From assembly GCF_006345805.1 (NCBI RefSeq), contig NC_043012.1, positions 29,140,001-29,204,000 of the forward strand: a DNA stretch of 64,000 nt, read 5' to 3'. The notes beneath the pieces are model-generated. The model searched no databases. It was not told the DNA's origin and saw nothing but the letters and a program-made list of their open reading frames with translations. The position numbers were made by a program, and so were the translations under genes. This stretch comes from Octopus sinensis (taxonomy: Eukaryota). Positions 53,330 through 64,000 of the stretch are shown here, piece by piece (the first letter of the stretch is position 1; each line of letters opens with the position of its first letter).

Positions 53330-54447
53330 TGTCTGACTAGCAGTGTGAAGCGGCTGACCTCCCTTGTTCGAAGGTATAATGGACACAGTTTGTGTGTCAA
53401 ATAGCTATCTTAAGGCGATGGCCTCATGGAGCTAATCAGCGACAGCTTTTAGTCTTATATCTATAAGACTGCCATATTAATATGGCGATAACAATTAATT
53501 TCCAGTAACGCTGCCGTAATCTCTTTTAGAGAGACTTAGTAATTTTAATATTTCTATTATATATACATATATATATATATATATGTATGTATATGTGTAT
53601 ATATACAAAATCTGCAGTAATCTCGTATATACCTATAGTGATTAAATGCACGATTATATTGGCAAGACGCTTGCTATTGGTGACAGTTTCCGAAAACTAT
53701 TTTAAAATATCGGTGCAGTTCTTAGATTATAAAAGGATGAGTTCGTTCAGCTATACAAATCATAATTAATCTAACTGGTTTCTATGATTTCTGCTCACCC
53801 TGGGGATGCAATTCTTAGTCTTCTTTCTTTTCTTTTCTCTCCTTTCTTTTTTTGTTTTTATTCACCTTTTGCCTTTTCGTTCTGCTTTTGCCTCAACATA
53901 TTCGTTTTATCTCGTTCTTTTTTTCTTCTCGTGTTTTCTCACGGACCAGAGTCCTAGTTTTCAAATAGAGCTATGTGCACTGAGCCTAAAAGGTCGTTTG
54001 GAGACATGGTACATTATATAAATCTGCCTAATTATCATGTCTCATTGACATGAAACTATCAGTAGCTCTTACTTAAATACTGTACATTAAATAAAATTTA
54101 TCTCTCACGGGATGGAATACTTTGTTGATCCTACCGATAACAGAAAAGTAAACTATCCAACGTTTCGGATAGCGTCTTTCTTCAGGGAAAAGTCGAAATG
54201 AGAAAATAAACGAGAGATAGTACAGCTTTACATCCTCTGAGTTAAAAGCACCGGCACACGTTCACATACACACGTGTACATACAGTAGCTGTCAGTTTGT
54301 TTCTTTTTAACTTAGAGGATGTAAAACTGCTATCAAATCATTTATTCCTTTTTGTTCTTTTCTTTGAAAAAGGACACTGTCCGAAGCATTCGATTTTTCT
54401 CTCCTCACAGCAAGTTCACTGTACTCTCTTTAACGATTTTACTGCTG

Positions 54448-54521
<74 letters not shown>

Positions 54522-54612
54522 GTAACGAGTTCAGAAAAGAACGGCAAATACGAAATTATTTCCGTTTCGAAAGATGGTAAACGAACGCAGGGCAAACACA
54601 TGAATAGGCACT

Positions 54613-54648
<36 letters not shown>

Positions 54649-54922
54649 CATATATATTCTTTTCTCCCTTTTACTTTTACTCATTTCAGCCATTAGACTG
54701 TGTCCATGCTGGAGCACTGCCTTGAAGAAGTTTTGCTTGAATTAATTAACCCCAGTACTTATTACACTTTTTTAAAAGTCTGGTACTTGTTCTAACAATC
54801 ACTTTTTCCGAACCACATAACTACAGTGACATAAATACACCAGCACCGGTTGACAAGCGGTGCTAGGGGACACACAGAGACACAAAGACACACACACACA
54901 CACATACACACACACACACACA

Positions 54923-55001
<79 letters not shown>

Positions 55002-55661
55002 TACTCATTTGTAGAAATATTCGGGGAATAACTTTCGTGCCACTGTCTCTTTTCCTTTATTTTGCTTCACTTAATTTCCTTTTTTTCTCTCTCCCTCTCT
55101 GTCTTTCTCTGTTACCATTCTCCCACAACCACGTGACCTGTGACGACCTAAGGTGGTGTCATTCTTTTACGCGTTGCCTTCGACCGTACTGGACACGATT
55201 TTCTGAGTTCCTCGCTCTACCCCTCTCGAATATAGTCCTTTAGGACAGTTTTCACTTCTCCGCGTTACCCATTTTTGTCTTGTCTTGCAGCTCCAAGGTT
55301 TTACGTTGTATATGTATTATCATTATTAATTGTTGCCTTCGTGTGGCCATAAGTCTTTATTCTGTTTATTGTTTTCGTAGACCGTCTGTCTACTAACAGT
55401 CTCGTCTCGATCCCGTTTCGTTTTGTTATGTTTAGGTCCTAATCCCGACAAGTTTCTTGTCGGTGTCTCCAGAGTGGAAACAATATCATCGATAATAGCC
55501 GAAATTGCGTTTGACCCTCTGGCCGATAACTGACAAAGAATTGGTGACATTCTGTCCGTTTGTGTATTTAGTATATGTTCGTTTGTTTATTTACTGAGGT
55601 TTTTAAAATTATATACATAGTTAGGTCATATTTGCCGTTTATTATTTTTTTAATTTAATCC

Positions 55662-55713
<52 letters not shown>

Positions 55714-56174
55714 ACGACAGGCTTCTTTCAGTTTTCCATCTATTAAATCCATTCACGTGACTTTGGTCGAGGCTATAGCAGAAGACACTTGGCCAAGTTA
55801 CTACGCAGTGGGTCTGAACCATGAACCATACACACACACGCACACACACATTGCATACATACATACATACATACATACATACATACGTAAGAAAATATAT
55901 TGTTTCTTTCCCCCCTCTAATGCTGTGAATGGGCGAGTGGGGTTGATATAAAGTGGGCAGTACGTTGCGACTGATATTGAAATGTAGAGCATGACAAAAA
56001 TATCGTTTGTCGTCGTCGTTATTTGGAAGCTTCCAGTATGTCTTTTAAGAGTGAGTGGGACAGCTCTGACTTGTCATATATGAACACATCTCAGAGATAG
56101 CGAGCACGTCTTTGAAATGAAATTTGACGTATACAACATCAACTGAAATGCGCAGAGGACATACACATACTCAT

Positions 56175-56251
<77 letters not shown>

Positions 56252-56727
56252 ACATACCTACACGCAAGCAAACACGTGCGTATATATATATTTATATATA
56301 ATTATATATCCAAAGGCCGATGAGTTTTATTGTTTTATTCTGTCGTGGAAAAAGGTTTAAAGCCATCTTAATAACAATTACACTACACCCTCTTCACGCA
56401 CACAGATATACACCTACGCCTACGCGCACGCACACGAGAACATATATACACCCAAATGCATCTATAGTCAAAGCGATACAATGGTCAAAATATATTATGT
56501 TAAATAACCGAATCTCCATCAATTACCAATCAATGTATTCCTGTTCGATTATTTTATTACCAAGATGATTGACAGGCATGGCTATGTGGAAAGAAGTTGG
56601 CTGCCCAACCACATGGTTCCGGATTCAGTCCTACTGCGTGGCACCTTGGACAAATGTCTTTTACTATAGCTTAAGGCAGACCAAAGCCTCATGAGTGGAT
56701 TTGGTTAACGGAAACTGAAAGAAGCCC

Positions 56728-56781
<54 letters not shown>

Positions 56782-56783
<2 letters not shown>

Positions 56784-57153
56784 TGACAGTCCGTCGGTTA
56801 CGACGGCGAGGGTTCCAGTTGATCCGATCAACGGAACAGCCTGCTCATGAAATTAACGTGCAAGTGGCTGAGCACTCCACAGACACGTGTACCCTTAACG
56901 TAGTTCTCGGGGAGATTCAGCGTGACGCAGCGTGTGACAATGTTGGCCCTTCGAAATACAGGTACAACAGAAACAGGAAGAAAGAGTGAGAGAAAGTTGT
57001 GGTGAAAGAGTACACCAGAGTTCGCCACCACACGCTGCCGGATCCTCATGGAGCTTTAGGTGTTTTCACTCAACAACAAAGTCCGATTTGGGAATCGAAA
57101 CCGCGATCCCACGACCGCGAGTCAGCTGCCCTAACCACTAGGCCATTGCGCCT

Positions 57154-57155
<2 letters not shown>
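56782..57155 (-). mobile_element. Full-length tRNA(Arg)-like SINE (family B)
   Basis: Reverse complement head ggcgcaatggcctagtggttagggcagctgactcgcggtcgtgggatcgcggtttcgattccc; tail ...gtcgtaaccgacggac. Confidence 0.88.
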
Positions 57156-57215
<60 letters not shown>

Positions 57216-57239
57216 CGCAATTATCGCCATTCCAGAAAT

Positions 57240-58306
57240 TTGGAAACGACATGCTGTACTGCTTGGCATTCGCGCCGGAAGCTCCAATACGAACATTTCA
57301 GAGTGTTTGGGTGTCAATCTGAGGAGAGTGCAGAGGATTTGAAAAGAGTTGGATGAGTCTGATGGTGATTACGGAAAACTTACTCTGATTGTTCTGATAA
57401 GAAAAGAACTCCCGAGTTTGTTGGTGAGATCCAGGTCATGACTGACAATGATCCCTCCAAGTCAATCAAGTTCATCGCTAGGGACATGAGAGTATCTGAG
57501 TTTATTATCAGGCAGGTAGTGCATGAAGACATTCGGTATTCTTTATACAAGGTGAGAAATTTTTATCCCAAGCCATCAAGGACAATTGGAAAGACCGCGC
57601 TACGAAGCTTTTGAACAAACTCAAGCATCTCCTCCAACCGAACATGCTTTGTTTTTTCTCAGACGAGAAAAATTTCTGCCAGGATCAGATGGTGAACTCA
57701 CAGAACAACCATTGGTTTGCCGTGTCCGAAAGTGATAAAAATCAAACATCCAGTCAACATCATAGTGTTTGATGTGATCACTAGTGATGGCGACGTTATG
57801 ACTCTTCCCACACGGCCTCACACTCAACACGGAGGACGCCTACATCAAGTGACTGGAGGATGTGCTGCCCTGGTTCAAGAGGGTGGCTGCTGGAAAACCC
57901 TATGTTTGGCAACAGGACTCTGCACCATACCACACAAACAGGAGAACCCAGTCATGACTGTCAGACAACATCTCACTCCTCAAACGGTATCCCCCTGATT
58001 ATTATGTGAGTAGCACGGTTGAGCGAGAGCCCAACAAGACTTCTTGTAGCACCAAAGATGAACTGAAGGCAAGAATTATGGCAGCACTCACCAGCTTAAA
58101 CAAGGAGACGGTCTAGAAGAGTCGCAGGTGATTCCGAAGTCGTCTGGGGGCCGTGGTTGAAGCCAATGACGATTTTATTGAATATATTTACTCTTTAGTA
58201 TTTCAAGATATTTTTATGTAATTTTGGTAAACATATCTATTAAAATGAGATGTCTGTTATTTTCATTTTTGCGTAAATTAGACGACATCTTATTCATCGC
58301 ACCCTG
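57240..58306 (+). mobile_element. Degraded maT/rosa-type Tc1-mariner element
   Basis: FSDEKNFCQDQMVNSQNN, KIKHPVNIIVF, YVWQQDSAPYHT and SRLGAVVEANDDFIE; right end ...catcgcaccctg|TA. Confidence 0.85.
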
Positions 58307-59352
58307 TATATAAATGTGTGTGTGTGTGTATGTGCGTGTGAGTGCGTCTTTATGTGTGTCTTTGTCCTCACTGCTGCTTGACAACTGGTGCTGGTTTGTT
58401 TATGAGCCCGTAACGTAGCGGTTCAGTAAAAGAGACCGATAGAATAAATATTAAAACTGAAAAGTAAATTCTGGGGTTGATTTGTTCGACTAAATCCCTT
58501 CATTGTGGAACCAGCATGGTCGCAATCAAATGAATGAAACAAGTAAACGATAAAAGATTGTCGCTTACATTAGTTTATTTTTTAGTTGCTTCGTATCTAT
58601 AACTAAGTTTCAGCTGTAGAATCCTGTTTAGTTTATTTTGCATTTATTTCGTTGCTAAAAGAAATAATCTAAATAATTCCAGTCGCATATATGTTTTCCA
58701 TCTCAACTGGATCTATAACTGCCCTGTCTGATTTAAACCTATTTCTGAAAACCAAAACCAATACAGAGAGAAAGGTTATGAATGTAATCACAAAAGTTGT
58801 TTTTTTCTCAGATTAAGTATAGAAATTAGAAGGGGAAAGAGGGAGTGGAGAGAGTGAGAAAGAGAGCCAGATCGAGAGAGAGAGAGAGAGAGAGAGAGAC
58901 GAAGAGAGTTAGAGAGAGAGAAAGAGGGAAAGAGAAAGTGAATGAGAGAATGAGAGAGTGGGGTGAGAGAATGATACAAATGGAGAAAGAGAGAGGGAAA
59001 GAGAGTGAGATAGAGACAGAGAGGAAGAGATGGAAGAGGAGAGAGAGGGAGGGAGAAGGAGGGAGAGAGAGAGAGAGAGAGATTGAGAGAGAGAGAGAAC
59101 GTTGAATAGTTTCATTTGCTTTCCCGGTTATAAGCGTCGATAGTGATTTCTTGTCGAATACCCGAATTCAAATGTATTCTCCACTTTTATGAATTCATGA
59201 GGGTATTTTGTTTTGGATACTCTGTGTTGTTCCTAAAAGACGGAAGGGCGACGGCCTGGTTGTATCTCAGTTGTACTGGATGATGGCTGTTCTGGTTACT
59301 TCATGGGAGCAGCAACATTACGGTTTCACCTAGCCAACCAAAGAATCTATGC

Positions 59353-61379
59353 CAGCGGTTGGCAACAGGGATCGGATCGAGTATTAATGACGGATAGCGG
59401 GCCGGGCGAATGCCATAAAAGAATAATTAGGGAAAATTACACAAGCTAAACTTTAATCACGAGTGTTGACTATACTAAAAAGTAATTTGTATTAACCACA
59501 GATGACTGTAGTAATGGAAAAACATCCTCTATTCAATTTAAGACATCGTTGGAATAATTTCTTTAAAAAAAAATCGTGAAAATACATAGGCGCAGGAGTG
59601 GCTGTGTGGTAAGTAGCTTGCTAACCAACCACATGGTTCCGGGTTCAGTCCCACCGCGTGGCATCTTGGGCAAGTGTCTTCTGCTATAGCCCCGGGACGA
59701 CCAATGCCTTGTGCCATTGCTGGGGCACCATCATTTGTGATGCCAATTAGTTTCGAAAAATCAAACTTCATTTCTGATATCATTTTCAAGAAAGCTTCAA
59801 AGATGTCTGCTCCGGTTACAGTTTCCTCCACAGGAATTAACTGAATAAACTCTTCAAAGATCTGAAAAGTTGAAGTCCCTCCTCGCACAAAGACAGCAAG
59901 TTGTGCAGTGTCACTTAAGCCTATATTCTCATCGACTGCAATTGAAAAATATTGTAATTCGCTGTAGGCGTTGATTAATTGATTTTTAACATCTGCTGAC
60001 ATTTCATCAACCCGCCGTGTGACCATCCTCAGAGACAGGCTGATAGCTTTAAATAAAACCATTTTTTTTTGACAAACATTATCCAACACTGCCAATAAGC
60101 AGTCTTTAAAAAATAACCATCTGTAAAAGGTTTCATCTTTTCAATGATGTGTTTTGAGACTTCATTGCTGGCAATTACTTTTGCCACATTTTCGCCTTTT
60201 CTGTTTTTAAAAAACGACGTTTGTTTTCCAAAACTAGACTTCAACTGTTCAACTTCATCTTCCCTTGCTTGTCCAGTAAATGCCCTAAAATTTTCACAAT
60301 GGTGCGTCTCATAATGTCGTCTTATTTGCTACCTCATTCACAGCAATGCTTTCTAGACATATGAAAGAAATCGGGTTCTCACTGTGCTCAATGAATCTAA
60401 GTAATCTAATATCCAAGTTTCTTAGAAAATTCGGCATTCAGCATCTACCATTCTTCGTTTTGCGTCCGTGGTCATCGAAAATTTTTCCTACAGATTAAAT
60501 TAAGATTTAGATTAAAAATTTTACATCTGAATAATTCTATTTTTTTTTTAATGGCAGACCTTTTATTGTATGCGAAAGCCTCGTCTCTCATATTACAATT
60601 GTAAAAATACCAGTTGGTTATGGCTAATAACTCGTATAATGTGGGTGATAATGATGATGATGATAAAGGTGGAAATAGTTAAGTGTATGGTGGCAAGGAC
60701 AAGAAGAAGAAACAAATGAGATTTTAAACGATGACAATAAGTGGATTGTTTGAAAAATACAATAATGAATTAAATCAGTAAAAGTCTCTTGGAGAAGAGG
60801 AAATGTGTAATAATAGAACAGAAGCCAACGAAGAATTCGAGCACGAGAAATTGAGTGTTTGTAACTTACGGTAGGTGGCGGGGGTAAACTGTTGTCGGTT
60901 TCACGAATCAGAGATGAGGGTCGCCGTTGACGGAGTGAAGGCAGTATGTCGACTGAGACAATTGTCCCTTCGAGGCAGCCATTTTATGTCTGTCGGCAGT
61001 CTCGAGTTAGCTCTCAGCGGTTTGTTTTATTTTTTATGCGGGAGTGGTGGTGGTTGGGTAGAAATGTTGCGGTATTCTATTGTTATTATTATTATTGTGA
61101 TTATTTTTGTATTGTGTGAGCAGAAATGATGTATGGAGCTCTGCGTACGCGACATTTTAATTGTGTTTTTACTGTCAAAGCGTTCACATCCGGTTGGTGG
61201 TGGACATTAGGTAGAATGGATCGGAAAATTTGTAGAAGAATGTAACAGCAGGCCTTTTGTTTAATTCGGAAGTCTCGTCTCTCATATTACAATCAACTTA
61301 GATTTTAAATCAGCAACTCATTGGGCATCGGTTCTCGTCGGCCGGATCCGGCCTGCAGACCGTTGCCTGACGACCCCTG
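59353..61379 (-). mobile_element. hAT (Charlie/Buster/SPIN-type) deletion derivative with an 8-bp TSD
   Basis: Termini CAGCGGTTGGCAAC and (reverse complement) CAGGGGTCGTCAGGCAAC; ATCTATGC at 59345-59352 and 61380-61387. Transposase remnant FSIAVDENIGLSDTAQLAVFVRG...TGADIF...GITNDGAPAM. Confidence 0.92.
59588..59712 (+). mobile_element. 5' half of a family A SINE inside the hAT element
   Basis: aggcgcaggagtggctgtgtggtaagtagcttgctaaccaaccacatggttccgggttcagtccc head. Confidence 0.9.
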
Positions 61380-62130
61380 ATCTATGCAGTCACTCGACTT
61401 GCTAGAAATAATAGCCAAATCTCCTTCGTATCTATCAGACCTACCTGTCTTAAAGTAGGATATATTGAAAAATATTAGTCCTTAGTACCACCAAAAGACG
61501 GGCGGATCACGTCTTTTGTTCCGGGCTCTTCCTAATGGGGTTGACTTGGTGCAGAAAATCAAAATCGCCATGAACTTCATCATCATCATCGTCATCGTCA
61601 CCGTCATCATCCATCATCACCATCATCATCCTCATCCTCCTCCTCATCATCATCACCATCGTCATCATCGTCGTCATCGTCGTCATCATCATCACCGTCA
61701 TCATCATCATCATCATCATCATCACCATCATCATCACCATCATCAACAACAAATAACAGTTCGAATGGACAAATCGAGATCAATAAAATAAAGCACTGGC
61801 CATATAACAGAGATCGATCCAATTGGTTATGCTTCTTTTGTTTCAATGTCTGGTTCTTATGATTATTAAAACTGGAAGCCATTGTATATTGTAATTCTTT
61901 TGGTGTTCAGAGTTTAGTTAAAAAAGAAAAATCTTCGTAACATCCTCCTCCTCTTCCTCCCCTCCTCTTCCTCCCTCTCCTCTTCCTTCCCCATCTCTAT
62001 TATTCTCCCATCTCCTCATTCTCATCCACTTTGTTGTCTTACATTTATGTTGAAACAAGAAAGTTAATCTACGGTTTTTTTTTAGTCCTGCCACTTGTTT
62101 AAAAAAAAAGAATAAAGAATATAGCAAAAT

Positions 62131-62168
<38 letters not shown>

Positions 62169-62636
62169 AAAAAAACATCGAAATGAAAGAAAAATAGGGA
62201 ACTGGAAAGAAAAAGGAAGAAAAAGAAGAAAGGAAAGACGGAAGGAAACAATCTGGGCAGGAAGACGAAAAGAACAAAATTAGTATAAAATAGAAGAATA
62301 TCAACCAGAACAATAACATAACCACCTACAAAACAACAACAACAACAGCGGCTACGACGTTGACACCAGCAGCAGCAGCAACAAGAACCTGAAAGAAAAA
62401 AGTTCTACTGATAATAGAGAGATTCACAGAGCTACTACCTTCCATAAGCTAATTATTGGCCCCTTATCAGAAGTAAGGCGTTCTTTGAGAAACACATTTC
62501 TTTCGACCAAGCCGTCCTCTTGTCGAGTCACATGAATAATATCAGTGCCATATGGATATGAATCTGATACAACATTGGGTGACTGATATATTTTCTCTGT
62601 CATCGAGCCTGCCTTCATTCTTCACACCAACACGCC

Positions 62637-62692
<56 letters not shown>

Positions 62693-63017
62693 CTCTCTCT
62701 CTCTCTCTCTCTCACACATACCCACCCAACTCCCAACGCCAACCATCCGACGCCCACCCGGTCGGCTAATTTCTATTAAGTCGACTATAAATGGGAAGAA
62801 CGATGATCACATTGAATTATGAAAACAAAACTAGAAGAGCGACCAACCGTAGAACTCACGCCCGGACATTCCCTGTCTCTTTCATTTTTCATCATTCCCT
62901 GCCTCTCTTTTTCATATACATACATAGAGACGTACGTACGTAGTACATACATACATACATACATACATACATACATACAGACGTACATAGTACGTATGTA
63001 GTACATACATACATACA

Positions 63018-63048
<31 letters not shown>

Positions 63049-64000
63049 CCTACTGCAATCATTTCTCCTTCGTCCCACCTGTTCTCTGTCAGCATCGTGG
63101 CACAACAATTTCCCATCATTTAAATAAGCTATACTTTTCTCGTCAAATACGGTAAACTTCGGCAAAGTGGATCTCTGAAGCTCTCAGATACTTATTACAT
63201 TCTACTTCTAAAAACGTAAGTGGCTTTTGAATAAGAGTAATAGATGAATAGAAATGAGACAGTGTAACGTTCATACATTTCTGAAGGGTATATGGTGGTG
63301 TAAATGAAGACATCATTTTTATAGATCCTAGAAATTATTTGATAAGTCAGTTGTTATGTGATGTGAAACATCTACCGTAAGAGACCTTGTCTTTCGTCGC
63401 AGAATCAAGAAGAGGTAAAAACATTGTTCTTCACGTTGGTGTAAAGCAGCCAGAAACTAAAGAAGTGTCACACTAAGTCTGTTACTCTCGGTGGCTCATT
63501 ATCTTTTAAACTGAAGTATATATCGGTAGACAAGAGGGATATTTTCATCTTCAAACATTTGTGAAAGTCATTATAAGCATAACTTAAGGAATAATGGCTT
63601 GAATTTAGCGATCCAGTGATTTATCATGTTAGCTATGTCAGTCTTCGCTGTGTAATTCAGAATATCAGTTTCATAGTCATAACATATGTTCGGAAGGAGC
63701 AAACGAAGTACATACAAGCCGCTGACATTGTTCGAGCGTTGGGCGTAAAATAATTATTTGCGCACGCCTGTGACGACGGCATTTGTGCCAGGCTGCATCA
63801 CATCCCCCAATCTGTTTGTCTGATGACATCGGTGGAGTGCAAAGGGGAAGAGAAACTTGTTGCTTGTGAAACTATTGGTTGCCTATATATTAAAAATGTC
63901 GGAGTGCCGGTCAGATTTCTCCATGTATCTGCATGGACAATATGCATACATACGTACATACATGAATACAGATAGACATACGTATGTGTATATGTATGCA

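Noticed and set aside
61560-61750. Poly-His or poly-Asp ORFs
   Set aside because: They come from a degenerate (CAT)n microsatellite with no flanking coding context.

Overview
This is an AT-rich, repeat-saturated animal genomic window. The tRNA-derived SINE families, (TA)n/(CA)n/(ATT)n/(TATC)n microsatellites and LINE families look like those of an octopod cephalopod (inference from repeat content). I found no host protein-coding exon I can support; most ORF-track entries are microsatellite translations or antisense shadows of transposons. The window is a nested transposon landscape. It contains a structurally full-length but mutated Tx1/L1-clade retrotransposon inside a (TATC)n tract (9.46-15.69 kb) and a nest of R4/Dong-like RLE retrotransposons plus a Tx1 fragment and SINEs inside (ATT)n tracts (37-49 kb). 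There are also RTE-clade LINEs with a PHD-type finger inside the RT, Penelope-like remnants with minimal hammerhead motifs, and mariner, maT, Tigger, hAT and Helitron remnants. A foldback element with an 8-bp TSD carries a telomeric-repeat core, and there are several local templated insertions and duplications. Coordinates were read by eye; edges of degraded elements are approximate.
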